From a virus (taxonomy: Duplodnaviria; Caudoviricetes), in the IMG/VR virus record IMGVR_UViG_3300027732_000057, positions 1 through 38,042 of that record: 38,042 bases of DNA; one strand, written 5' to 3'. The position numbers and the translations under genes are program-made. Shown here piece by piece: positions 8,303 through 19,173 of the stretch. The notes under the pieces were generated by a model. The model ran no database searches, was not told where the DNA came from, and worked only from the letters and a program-made list of their open reading frames with translations. Each line of letters starts with the position of its first letter. Positions within the stretch are counted from its first letter, which is position 1.

Positions 8303-11300
8303 TTAATCTGTCCTTTTAATTCTTCAATCTCTGATTTAAGTTCTTTAATGGCTTCAATCAAAACACCAACAATATTACCATAAGCTACTGACATAAACTC
8401 ATCATCACTTGCGGCTTCCATAACAACTTCAGGCAATACTTCCTTCATTTCTTGTGCAATGACACCAACACCCTTTGTGCCTGAATCAATTCGTTCATAA
8501 GTAACACCACGCATTTTTAATACGGTGTCTAAAGCATTTGTAATGGTTTGAATGTTTGTTTTCAATCTCTCATCAGAGTATGCGGTAACGTTGTTTCTGA
8601 ACACAGCATTACCAACAGTATCCAACGTCATTCTATAAGTAACTGATCCATCAGACCAACCACCAATTCTGAAGATGTTATCATTATCCATACCAAGATT
8701 AATACCATATGCAGAACTAAGTCCTACAATAGGTCTGTAGAACGACATATTAGCGTGGTTGACACCGGCAGAGGTTGGTGTTCCGTGTACAACTAATCTT
8801 CCTGCTTGGCCCGCAGTACCAACCGATGCATCGGAACGATAATATCTATTGCCAGTGATTGTAAATTCGTCGGATGTATTTAATACGGTAGCACCATTAA
8901 CTTCTAGGCTTTGGCCAGGTAAAGAATATTTTGTTCCATCATTAATTAGACCTCTGGTTTCAGCATTATTTAACCATATCGCACCCGTTGTTGTGACGGT
9001 TCTATATGCAGTGATATCACCTGACATTGCCAATTTAATTTTAGCAGAATTTGTACCTGTTAATGTTGTCTCACCAGTGAATGCTGCGCCAGCCAACTTC
9101 GCATATCCAGTAGGCATTCTTGCATCAGGTAATGTACCTATAGTGATGTTTGTTGCATTGGTGGTATCAGTTGTTGCTGATGCGGCTAGTGTTGGGAAAT
9201 CCGAAATTGCTGATTTGCCAATAGATATTTGTGAATCAGATACAGCAGTAATTAAACCTTTTGCATTGACTGTAAATCTACCAACTTTGTCTGCACCACC
9301 ATAAGTACCAGCAGTCAAACCTGTTTTGCTGGCCAATCTATCTTCAGGTAATATACCTGTTGTAATGTTGTCAGCATTGGTGGCATCAGTGAAAGTTGGA
9401 AAGTCTGAAATTTGTGTCTTAAGAATTGAAATTGCGGTGTTGGTTACACCTGTAACTCTACCCTTCGCATCAACTACAAATTTTGGAATAGTATTTGCAT
9501 TACCGTAAGTAGCTGCAGCTACACCAGAATTATTCAATTGACCATCAGCAATAGTACCAGTAATTTTTGTATTTGCGAGACTTGTTATAAAATTTGGATT
9601 GGTATATGATTCACTTGAATACAATCCATTTGTTACTGTGCCTGCATTACCAGTAATGCTATGTGAAAGTGTGTAACCTGAATTTGCATGGTTGGTTACA
9701 TATAAACCTGTTGCAAACACTGTGTTGGATGCCTGTGCCAATGGCATTGTTAGGCCTTCAACACGGCCCGTGAATGTACCACCAATTTTTGGCATCTTTC
9801 TAGATTCTAGGTTGTCAATTGCAGCTTGAATGGTTGCACCCTCCATAGCACCTTCTGCAGGACCATATACAATATTGTTTGCAAAGTATTCGTATATCAT
9901 ATAACCGTCAACTTCAACTAATATTTTATCGCCAGTTGCCGGTGGATTTGTGAACCATATGATTGAGTTTGCAGTGAATGAATAATATTCCGATTCTAAT
10001 TGACGAACACCGTTAATGTATGCACGTAATTGTGTGCCTGCACTGAATGTTGGTGTGGTAAATTTTGCGGTCGTATTATCACCAGAATAGGTTAAACGGA
10101 CTGATGAGATTCTAGAACCTGGCTGTGTGCCGCCGCCGTCACCGCCGGTGCCAGCAGTTACCCAAGAATAAGTTCGGTTTCCATCTGTACTAAGTACTTT
10201 ACCTACTCCACCTACACCCGCTGCGGCAAATATTGCTAAGTCGAATAATGATGCGTGTGAACTGGTTGATGTACCGCCTTGGCCAACCGGTAATGGAGTT
10301 GTTAAGGACAGTCCAGCAAATGTTGGTGATGCTGTTGTTCTTAGGTCTTGTGGTGTACTAATTGTAAGTGTGTTACCTGTATTGTTATCATTTGTTGCAA
10401 ATATAACGATACCATTATTACTCTTTAATGTAACACCAGCTAAACTTGCTGCAACTGCACCTGTTGTTCCTTTGATTGAAGATATAACATTATTTGCTTT
10501 ATCGAAAGATGCATTTGCATGTGCATATGCTGGTGCTACTTGAGGTGCAACGTTGTTTGCTGAATCATATGCTGCATTGGCATGTCTGAAAGCGGTATTA
10601 GCAAATAATGCTGTTATGTTCTGAGATGTATAAGAAGAATTGGCTCTTAAGAAAGCACCGTTAGCAAAACTTTCAGCAGAAGTAACACGAGCTTTTAGAT
10701 ATGTGTTTGCTGTTGCAATGTTATTGTTAACAGTATTGGCCGCAACTGACGTTGCAACAACCAATGAACTAGTCGATTCTACCGAGTCACTTAGGTGTTC
10801 ATTGGTTAAAATTCTATAATAGGTACCATTAGTTGTTTTAAGTATGTCCCATATACCTGAAGCTTCATTCCAACGAATTGCTGCATTTGCACCAGTCACA
10901 CCTCTGTTAACTGTAAAACTACTAATCAGACCTTCATTTGAACCTGCGTTTATTGTAAAGACATTTGAATTGTATACTGTTGCACCATTGATAACAAAAT
11001 TGCCGTCAACAGAAAATTGGTTGAGCACCTGTAATGAACCCACAAATGCCGCCGCATTGTTGGCATCAATCTTGTCTGCCACAAACATTGTTGCTGTGTT
11101 AACTGATGTGTTGGCCTGTACTCTGTTTGTTATTGTATTACCAGTTACACTTATAACGGCCGTATTAACAGAACTATTTGCTTGTAATTTATCCACAAGT
11201 GCAGTAGTAGATACACTTAAAATTTGTGTATTTACGGATGTATTAGCCTGTACTTGGTCAATCAAAGCCCGTTGAGTAACAGATATGGTTTCTGTATTGG

Positions 11301-12555
11301 CTGAAGTGTTGGCCTGTAAAGTATTTGTATGTGTCTTACCTGTTGAATTTAAACCAGCAGTTGTGACTAATGTGTTTGCTACCAAATATTTGGTGTAACT
11401 TGTATTAACAACACTAGAATGGGACGTATTTATAGAAGAATTTGCCTGTACAAAACGAGTTAGGGTCGTACCTTCAACGTCTATTGCAGGTGTATAAATG
11501 TGTAGGTTGGCAGTGAGATAATCACCATAAGAATTAACTGAATGTAATGTTGGTGTAGTTACATTTGAACTCGCAAAAAATGATGCAGAGTTTGTATTAC
11601 CTACAGTAACAACATTATTCTGGATATAAACAGTATTCGCATAAAATATATCCGTATATGAGGTGTTGGTAGTATATTGGTCGTATGCATAGGCCGCAAT
11701 ATTTGCAAACAATGTATTGGTGGTTATTATATTAGACGCAATTATATTTGAAGAACTAATAAATGAATTGGCTAATAAGTTCTTTGTGTAAACTGTACCA
11801 GTTACTGAAGCGTTTTCTGTATTGGTTGATACGTTTGCTTGTACAACATTTGCATACAATGTATAAACAATAGAAGCATTGGCTGTATTAACAGTTGAAT
11901 TGGCCTGTAATGTATTGGTATAAATTCCTGTTGTTGCAGAGATTGCCGCAGCATTTATAACTGTGTTTGCTTGCAGAGATGTTGTTGTTATAGAAGTATT
12001 AGATTGTAATCTACTAGTGTATACTGCACTGTTTGCAGTAAGAACGTCTGTTACAATTTGGTTATTTGATTGTAATTTACTTGTGTAGGTTGTTCCTGTA
12101 ACAGAAACGGTTGAAGTGTTAACGTATTGTCTTGCTTCTAATACATTTAAATCTAAATCACCACCAACATACAAGTCGCCTACAACTCTAGCATTATTGG
12201 CAACTACTAAAGCAGAACCAGAACCAAGAACATGCAATACATTCGCAATGTTTGCACTACCCGATGTTGTTAAACTAAGACCAGTGTTGGTAAATAAACC
12301 TTGACGTTGTACAGTTAAATCTTTTTCGATTGTTGCGGATGAACCTGCACCAGTAACTGAGAAGGCTTTCTGAACAATAACGTTACCATTTGATTGTAAA
12401 GCAGTCAACGTTCCTTCTGAAAGATATATCGTTCCAGAATCCTTTACATAATTATTTGCTGCCAAGTCATTATTTTCAGAAATCAATGCACTGGTTGCGG
12501 TCAACCAATGTCCGAATGTATTGGCATTACTTAATGAGGTAACTGTATTAGCCAT
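8299..12555 (-). CDS. Long tail fibre with C-terminal peptidase S74 intramolecular chaperone
   Basis: 1418 aa; LQAN-type beta repeats and AN coiled coil; C-terminal YSDERLKTNI..ALDTVLKMRGVTY..GVIAQE..VAYGNIVGVLIEAIKEL (8299-8580). Confidence 0.9.
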   Translation of the reverse strand: MANTVTSLSNANTFGHWLTATSALISENNDLAANNYVKDSGTIYLSEGTLTALQSNGNVIVQKAFSVTGAGSSATIEKDLTVQRQGLFTNTGLSLTTSGSANIANVLHVLGSGSALVVANNARVVGDLYVGGDLDLNVLEARQYVNTSTVSVTGTTYTSKLQSNNQIVTDVLTANSAVYTSRLQSNTSITTTSLQANTVINAAAISATTGIYTNTLQANSTVNTANASIVYTLYANVVQANVSTNTENASVTGTVYTKNLLANSFISSSNIIASNIITTNTLFANIAAYAYDQYTTNTSYTDIFYANTVYIQNNVVTVGNTNSASFFASSNVTTPTLHSVNSYGDYLTANLHIYTPAIDVEGTTLTRFVQANSSINTSHSSVVNTSYTKYLVANTLVTTAGLNSTGKTHTNTLQANTSANTETISVTQRALIDQVQANTSVNTQILSVSTTALVDKLQANSSVNTAVISVTGNTITNRVQANTSVNTATMFVADKIDANNAAAFVGSLQVLNQFSVDGNFVINGATVYNSNVFTINAGSNEGLISSFTVNRGVTGANAAIRWNEASGIWDILKTTNGTYYRILTNEHLSDSVESTSSLVVATSVAANTVNNNIATANTYLKARVTSAESFANGAFLRANSSYTSQNITALFANTAFRHANAAYDSANNVAPQVAPAYAHANASFDKANNVISSIKGTTGAVAASLAGVTLKSNNGIVIFATNDNNTGNTLTISTPQDLRTTASPTFAGLSLTTPLPVGQGGTSTSSHASLFDLAIFAAAGVGGVGKVLSTDGNRTYSWVTAGTGGDGGGTQPGSRISSVRLTYSGDNTTAKFTTPTFSAGTQLRAYINGVRQLESEYYSFTANSIIWFTNPPATGDKILVEVDGYMIYEYFANNIVYGPAEGAMEGATIQAAIDNLESRKMPKIGGTFTGRVEGLTMPLAQASNTVFATGLYVTNHANSGYTLSHSITGNAGTVTNGLYSSESYTNPNFITSLANTKITGTIADGQLNNSGVAAATYGNANTIPKFVVDAKGRVTGVTNTAISILKTQISDFPTFTDATNADNITTGILPEDRLASKTGLTAGTYGGADKVGRFTVNAKGLITAVSDSQISIGKSAISDFPTLAASATTDTTNATNITIGTLPDARMPTGYAKLAGAAFTGETTLTGTNSAKIKLAMSGDITAYRTVTTTGAIWLNNAETRGLINDGTKYSLPGQSLEVNGATVLNTSDEFTITGNRYYRSDASVGTAGQAGRLVVHGTPTSAGVNHANMSFYRPIVGLSSAYGINLGMDNDNIFRIGGWSDGSVTYRMTLDTVGNAVFRNNVTAYSDERLKTNIQTITNALDTVLKMRGVTYERIDSGTKGVGVIAQEMKEVLPEVVMEAASDDEFMSVAYGNIVGVLIEAIKELKSEIEELKGQIK

Positions 12556-12556
12556 T

Positions 12557-12784
12557 TTAACCTTTTTCTAATAGTTTTTGTAACAAACTTTTAATGTCTG
12601 TCAAATCTTGTTTCATTTCGTCCATATCGGACTTTACTTTATTTATTTCTTCCCTCTGAGACTTCATACCACGGCGTTTAGCTAGATATTCCTCCAAACC
12701 AACTCCGTCTTGATTAATAATGGCACCGTTTCTAGAATCTCTTACTAATTTAGTGCCTTGAACCTTTAATAAATGCATAATCAA
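12557..12784 (-). CDS. Small conserved protein downstream of the VrlC-like gene
   Basis: LVRD..NGAIIN motif plus C-terminal coiled coil; translationally coupled. Start could be 12778. Confidence 0.7.
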   Translation of the reverse strand: MIMHLLKVQGTKLVRDSRNGAIINQDGVGLEEYLAKRRGMKSQREEINKVKSDMDEMKQDLTDIKSLLQKLLEKG

Positions 12785-15700
12785 AAGACAGTATCGGTAT
12801 TAGGAGGTAATGCAATACATCTCATGTCAGAAAGATATGGAATAAGTGTATTATCTGTCGTTGTCAATACAATTTTGATAGAAAATTGACTAAATGTATA
12901 GTATGTTTGGCCATTATTACTTAGGTAAGAAATGAAACCTTGGCTTTTACCAATAGTTCCTGGTGCAAACGTATATTCACGCACATCTTCTCTTGATTGT
13001 GAGTGTGCTCCATCAGAACTGTTTGTCTTAGTCATTAATTGCCAGTAACCATCATCAAATGTTTGTGTATCGTTTCTACTTAAAACTTTATAGTATACAT
13101 TAACATCCGTTCCAACTGGACGATATGCAGATAGGTACACATTCAAATCACCCGAATCGAAACCACCGTCCAACACAACCTTTTTAGTAATATATTTTGT
13201 AGCGGCTGGTCCACCTTTAACTGAAGTTTCACCTGCAATGATTGCGGTTGCGCCTGTTCCTGGTGTATTATTTGCATCAACGATTGTAACTGTTGGTGTT
13301 TCAATATAACCTGCACCTGGAGTGATAACATAGATGTAGTCGATTACACCACCAACCACATTGGCTGTTGCATAAGCTTGTTCACCATTCTTACCTGTTG
13401 GTGAAGAAATGGTAACTGATGTACATGATGTGTTGTAACCACTACCACCGGCCGTGATTGAAATTAAACTGTTTGATAAAGGACAGTTGTTGATATCATA
13501 TTGAATTGTAAACAATGAGGTACCTGCATCCGAAATAACAGGAGATACTGCATCATCAGCTGATTCTAAGTAACCATACATTGAGAATGATGTACTAGAA
13601 TTTGATTTCAAAATTCTTTCACCTTTGTTATCATTCAAATAGATATGTTCATACATTGTGGTACCATATTTACCTGGATTAATATTAACTTCAGGTGTTG
13701 CTGTTCCACTTTGCAATGTTGCTGTGTATGTATATGTAATGGCCGTAGACGATGGAACAAAATCGGTTGTTGTTAAATTAAATGCGTCAACTAACTGGTC
13801 ATCGTTTGAAGTTGTGCCAACATTGTTTGTCATGGTATTGGCATTTGTAAAATATTGAATATTATTTTCTACCAATGTACGTTGTGGTAATTTCTTAGGA
13901 ACAATCATTCTGATAGATGGTGTTTTTGTTATATCAAATTTTGCACGTTCCATTGTAAACATTAAACTTTGATTTTGATCCACAGTCCATGTTTGTGCAT
14001 TTTGTGATAGGAATAAACCACCAACATATGGTGCAGAAGAAATCTTTGTGATTGAACTTGGATAAGGATCAGTTGCAAGGTTCTTAACAGATGAAGGCAA
14101 TGCATTATCACCATTGGCCGCTGTCCACAAAGTATATTCATTTGATGTTGACTGGGCAATAAAAGCATATAGTGTATCTGATTGTATATAAACCGGTGAA
14201 TTAAAAACAAACTCTGTATATGTGGTTGAGTCTAAATTCTGTGGTGAACTAGATGTATTAATTCTGTATGTAGGTAATTTAACGATGGAATTATCTAATG
14301 TGGATCCATTTGGATAACCATTTAATGTTCCAACAATAGATAAAGTTACTGGTGCTGAATCTGTTGCTGGTTTTGAAGCAAAGAATAATCTAACACTAGA
14401 AATAAATGCACCATTTGGAAAATTATCTTTGTCTATGATGAATGTTTGTGCAACAGGATCATAACGAGTATAGTATACACTCTTAGCTACAGTTGTTCCT
14501 GTTGTTTGTGTTACTACATCTCTTGTATTTACTTGTGTGAATGTATCTTTTGCACCAGATGGTGATGCACCAAAATCTATGCTCTGACTATTGGTTTGTA
14601 AGCCTTGTGCATAAAATGTACCTTCAGCAAAAGTTGTTACTGAATCTTCATTGTTATTAATACGATTGTCCATACGGAACACTCTTGTACCTGTGTGAAA
14701 AGTATTTTCTGGTAAAGTAAATATACCAAAGAAACTACCCTCTTCATTTGTGGTGAAGATACCAATAGAGTATATGTCATTCACAGAACAAGAGATTGCT
14801 GTGATTAGAGTTACAACTTTTGTTGATCCATTGTATGCAGAAATCTCAGCAGATTGTCCTTTGCCTGTTCCTGATGTTATGTATATTCTTTTACCAACAT
14901 AATTCGTATCATTGTTTGTTGCAGAAGCAAGAGTTGATAGTGTTAAAGATGTTGTGCTATCAACAGTTTTTATTTGGCCACCAAAATGTGTTTGACTACT
15001 AAATGTGCCTTGTGCTGTACTGGTTTGATACGTACCTTCAGCATTAAAGAATGCATTTTGTAATGTTAGACTGTTGTTATATGTGGTTGTTGCACCATCA
15101 CCAGCAACATACAATCTCATATTGGTTGAATCTGGATAATCATATACACCAACAACTATACCAGTTGGCACAAATGTTCCTGCTGAATAGTAACCAATAA
15201 TATCATTTTCATCAAAAGTTCCAAATGTATTTGTCAGTTCAATTATGTTTGTTTTTCTTATGTAATTATCTACATTAATCGTGTCAAAGAAACTGTGTAC
15301 TTGTGTTTGATATAATAATCCTACCGTCTTAACAACAATTTCTTGTGTTCTCATCCATGGAAGAATAGTAATATCAGTAATGTATCCATTGTTATCTGCA
15401 TATGTGTTGTCGATTTTACTATATGCACCTAACAAATTTGTTTGTTGTTGGTTATTCACAATCTCATATGTTGAGGTGGTTGTGACTGATGTTATGTTTT
15501 CTGTGTAACCAACATTTTTACCAAATGGACCATTAAATTTACCGTGATTTGCGTGATTAACCTGACTAAAAGATGATGAAGTGGCTTGTGATAATAGGGT
15601 CGATGTGCCTGATACTGTCTGCCAATCACCAGCAATTAATGTGTTGATCGTATTTGAACCTTGATAGATGTGTAGGTCTGGATTAGTAATCAATAATGAT

Positions 15701-18700
15701 GGTGAATATGTGGTGTCTACCCAGTTATCAATGTTTGGTGATAATGTTACCAAACCTTTTGCTGATGTGACAGAGAACGGATTAATGTTGACCGTTCTAC
15801 TTGCCAATTTTTGTGCAACCATATTGGTTGATGTGTATGGTAACATGAAGTAATTTGTCCAACCATCCCTTGTTCTAGAAAAATTCGCAGACTGTATGGT
15901 ACCAACACTTGCACGACCCATATTGTAGGACAAAGCTAAGCTTTTTAATGGGAAATTTTTGACAGTTTGTGTGGCTGTCATTTGTTTTGTTCTACGATTA
16001 ATAGAAGCATTGAAATCTTCTATGCCGGCCTCAGCAGCCGAGTAACCCGAAAAATCATCTACCATAATACCGTTTTTGAATCTATTCAATCCGTATGCAT
16101 CAGAAATTTGCAATGAGTTTGCGTTTTGTTCTAATGCATTTAGTGCAGTGTAGTATTCAATACGATTAATTCTGGTATCTAATCCAGCAATGTCTGCCAT
16201 TGTATAACGGCGGTGTTGTGTGGCTTCAATTGAAAGGTCTGATAGTCCTGTAGTTAATTCAGTAGGAACATAACCCGTATATGGCCTATGTGTAAGGTTT
16301 GCGATAATCAATGATCCATCAGGTTCATTTGGTGAAATGGGATTCAATGAAGGAGAACCTTCTATAATTTGTATTGATTTATCTTTAGTGATAACCAATT
16401 TATCTTTACGTCCAAGATAGTATGTGTAGTCACAAACAAAAGTTGTTAAGTCGGCTGGTTGCAACACACCCAATCTCGCTGAGGATGGATTTGAATAACG
16501 GAAAGTAAATTCTGCTTGTGCGTTAAGTCTTGCTGGTCTAAAATCAATACAATCTCTTAATGCATATGATGCACCATGTGTACTGATGTAAACTGGAATT
16601 TCTCTATAATCTTCTGGTGAACTTGAGTTGTCAATATAGGACATTTTACTAAAGTAACCATCACCGCCAGCGTGTTGGTAATAATCCAATAGAATAAGTA
16701 AATTACCAATTGGTTTTGTTGCACCAGGTCTTAGTGCAATATACGCATGGTCATAGTAACTATCTCTTTGTCCATTGTCAAATGTATATCTATTAGTAAC
16801 ATCATAAGATGGATTAGTTAACATTGCTACTGTTGGTAATGCAGAAGATTTGGTGTCAATAATTTTTTTGATTCGTTTAACGTCAGACAAATACAATGAT
16901 TGATTTTGTCCTGTAGGTAAAACACCCGCAGCCTTGATGTACACATGACCTTTTGAGCTTGCTGAATCATCAACAAATGTATTTGTGTTTACAGTTGTTA
17001 CATATCCGGAACTATTACTCGTCACAGCAGTTGTATTTGCGGCAACCAAATTTTTAATTCTTAACACATGACTTGTGTTTGTTCCATCAACAACAAAAGC
17101 TTTTGCGATAACTGTTGCGGTAAAACCAGTCAAATCGGATGTTAGTGTTGAAAATGTTGCAATCGAACCATCGCCATTTAAAGTAACTGATCTACTTCCG
17201 GTTGTCCAAGGAAGAATCTGACCGTTTTCTATAGCATTTGAACCTCTGTCTGTAACAATGATGGTGTAACATTGTTCAATTACATCGGCCGACAATGTTG
17301 TTCCTTCATTACCCAAATGCTTAATTACGCCCGCATAACTGCCTGTGAAAGACACTTGTGTAGATAGTGTGCTACCCGACACGTTGAATGTTACACCTTT
17401 AATTTCTTGGTATGTGGTATAAGAAGGTGATGTGATACCAGAAACGTATGGATTACCAATAGGGTAAATCATTTCGGGTACGTTTGGATTATTAAATTGT
17501 GCATCACCAGAGGCCAAGTTACCTACTTTGCCTGTGTTATCAATCTTAGCACTTGCATATCTAATTCTTGGATATGTACCATCACTGTTTGTGAACACCA
17601 TAGATTCAATATCTGGTGTATCAAAGTTTAAAACATAAACAGATGTGCTGTCTGGTGTAACACTCCATGATTGACTTACTGTAGCTTTTCTTGTTGTACC
17701 ATTGTAGTTGGAGATGGTTCTTGTTTCACCTGCGTTTGTGCCTGTAACAATTGTAACATCAACACCTTCATATGCAGCATCAACCGAAGATGTTTTACCA
17801 TTCACATTTGGTAATTCAATACATGTTGAGTTAGCGGTGATAACATTGGCTGTGATTGATTTGTTTACTAGGTCATAGATGTGTGCCTTGTAAATGTATG
17901 TACTAGCAGTTCCGTTTGTTGGACTGCTTTCAAATTGCAAACCACGTAGATATGCTGTTGCAACCAATGTGGAGTTGTATGTAAATGCATTGGCACTATT
18001 GATATTTGTATTGGCCACACAGTGAAAGTCTACTGTGTTTGCAGTTGTGGCTGGAAATGTAACTGATCCTATACCGGAAACGTTGCTGACCAAGAAATAA
18101 CTACCATAATCTATGAAAGATGGTTCATTATTCTGTGATGATATAGTTCTTGCACGATTAGAAATGATATTCAGTGGTGCTGGATTCTCTGCACGATAAC
18201 CATGCACGTATGCTAGACCTTTACCTACACTTAGTGTGTACTTGTCCGCATCAGCTGCGTATGTTTTTGGTGTAAATTTAAAATCGTTGATGATGTAATC
18301 ACCATTGGTTTCATAATCTCTCTTTGCAAAGTAGTCATCAATGGTTGCATAGACTGATCCATCTACCATTTTAAAAACACTACCTGTCTCTACACGAACC
18401 AGTTCAATAAACAATGCATCATCACCAAAGAATAGTGGTCTTGATGATAGTTGTAGACTGATAACATATCGGTCTGCACCAGGTGCCTGATAGTTTGATG
18501 CACCTACGGCCGGATCCAACAATGAATTATCGTTTGCATAATCAAAAATTGTTTCTGTAATTTCTAAACCAACACGTTTGGATGGTGTGTTGCTATACTT
18601 ATCTAAGATAACTGTTTGTGGACTAACTTGTACGAAATTACCTAAAACATAAAACACACCTTGTGCAATTGATGCAACAGAAGATGATCCGATTGCTTCA

Positions 18701-19164
18701 CTTGGCATGGCCTGACATGTTAGATTTGAATTTGAATCATAGATAACATCATTGTCGGTAAATTCGGTGCCAGTTTTGTAAACAACAACCAATGTTGCTG
18801 GATCACCTTCACCTACTGTGCCTGTTGCAACAGCTGTTGCCAATACTCTTGCAATAATTGTACCATTAGCATTTTTGATTAATTTATTTTCAAATAATTC
18901 AATATCAGTTGTAATACCATTGTAAGATGCTTGTACTTTAATATATTTTACGTCAAAATTTGTTGTTACTTGGCCACCAGTTACAGGAGAATTTTGTTTG
19001 AATATATTATCTGCAAAACTGGTGATTTGATTTTGTAATATTGTTTGTGCCTGTGTTAATTCTCTGGCCTGTACTGCAACACCAGGTTTAAACAATATAC
19101 GGTGGAAGTTTTTTGTTCCATCAAAATCGTCATAGTATGGATCAACGTTAAAATTTAAAGCCAT
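12781..19164 (-). CDS. Large virion structural protein, VrlC/DUF4815-like
   Basis: 2127 aa; NFNVDPYYDDFD..KNFHRILFKPGVAVQARELTQAQTILQNQI, APGADR, NRFKNGIMVDDF and DPVAQTF motifs; follows gp8. Confidence 0.88.
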   Translation of the reverse strand: MALNFNVDPYYDDFDGTKNFHRILFKPGVAVQARELTQAQTILQNQITSFADNIFKQNSPVTGGQVTTNFDVKYIKVQASYNGITTDIELFENKLIKNANGTIIARVLATAVATGTVGEGDPATLVVVYKTGTEFTDNDVIYDSNSNLTCQAMPSEAIGSSSVASIAQGVFYVLGNFVQVSPQTVILDKYSNTPSKRVGLEITETIFDYANDNSLLDPAVGASNYQAPGADRYVISLQLSSRPLFFGDDALFIELVRVETGSVFKMVDGSVYATIDDYFAKRDYETNGDYIINDFKFTPKTYAADADKYTLSVGKGLAYVHGYRAENPAPLNIISNRARTISSQNNEPSFIDYGSYFLVSNVSGIGSVTFPATTANTVDFHCVANTNINSANAFTYNSTLVATAYLRGLQFESSPTNGTASTYIYKAHIYDLVNKSITANVITANSTCIELPNVNGKTSSVDAAYEGVDVTIVTGTNAGETRTISNYNGTTRKATVSQSWSVTPDSTSVYVLNFDTPDIESMVFTNSDGTYPRIRYASAKIDNTGKVGNLASGDAQFNNPNVPEMIYPIGNPYVSGITSPSYTTYQEIKGVTFNVSGSTLSTQVSFTGSYAGVIKHLGNEGTTLSADVIEQCYTIIVTDRGSNAIENGQILPWTTGSRSVTLNGDGSIATFSTLTSDLTGFTATVIAKAFVVDGTNTSHVLRIKNLVAANTTAVTSNSSGYVTTVNTNTFVDDSASSKGHVYIKAAGVLPTGQNQSLYLSDVKRIKKIIDTKSSALPTVAMLTNPSYDVTNRYTFDNGQRDSYYDHAYIALRPGATKPIGNLLILLDYYQHAGGDGYFSKMSYIDNSSSPEDYREIPVYISTHGASYALRDCIDFRPARLNAQAEFTFRYSNPSSARLGVLQPADLTTFVCDYTYYLGRKDKLVITKDKSIQIIEGSPSLNPISPNEPDGSLIIANLTHRPYTGYVPTELTTGLSDLSIEATQHRRYTMADIAGLDTRINRIEYYTALNALEQNANSLQISDAYGLNRFKNGIMVDDFSGYSAAEAGIEDFNASINRRTKQMTATQTVKNFPLKSLALSYNMGRASVGTIQSANFSRTRDGWTNYFMLPYTSTNMVAQKLASRTVNINPFSVTSAKGLVTLSPNIDNWVDTTYSPSLLITNPDLHIYQGSNTINTLIAGDWQTVSGTSTLLSQATSSSFSQVNHANHGKFNGPFGKNVGYTENITSVTTTSTYEIVNNQQQTNLLGAYSKIDNTYADNNGYITDITILPWMRTQEIVVKTVGLLYQTQVHSFFDTINVDNYIRKTNIIELTNTFGTFDENDIIGYYSAGTFVPTGIVVGVYDYPDSTNMRLYVAGDGATTTYNNSLTLQNAFFNAEGTYQTSTAQGTFSSQTHFGGQIKTVDSTTSLTLSTLASATNNDTNYVGKRIYITSGTGKGQSAEISAYNGSTKVVTLITAISCSVNDIYSIGIFTTNEEGSFFGIFTLPENTFHTGTRVFRMDNRINNNEDSVTTFAEGTFYAQGLQTNSQSIDFGASPSGAKDTFTQVNTRDVVTQTTGTTVAKSVYYTRYDPVAQTFIIDKDNFPNGAFISSVRLFFASKPATDSAPVTLSIVGTLNGYPNGSTLDNSIVKLPTYRINTSSSPQNLDSTTYTEFVFNSPVYIQSDTLYAFIAQSTSNEYTLWTAANGDNALPSSVKNLATDPYPSSITKISSAPYVGGLFLSQNAQTWTVDQNQSLMFTMERAKFDITKTPSIRMIVPKKLPQRTLVENNIQYFTNANTMTNNVGTTSNDDQLVDAFNLTTTDFVPSSTAITYTYTATLQSGTATPEVNINPGKYGTTMYEHIYLNDNKGERILKSNSSTSFSMYGYLESADDAVSPVISDAGTSLFTIQYDINNCPLSNSLISITAGGSGYNTSCTSVTISSPTGKNGEQAYATANVVGGVIDYIYVITPGAGYIETPTVTIVDANNTPGTGATAIIAGETSVKGGPAATKYITKKVVLDGGFDSGDLNVYLSAYRPVGTDVNVYYKVLSRNDTQTFDDGYWQLMTKTNSSDGAHSQSREDVREYTFAPGTIGKSQGFISYLSNNGQTYYTFSQFSIKIVLTTTDNTLIPYLSDMRCIALPPNTDTVF

Positions 19165-19173
19165 TTTTTTCCC

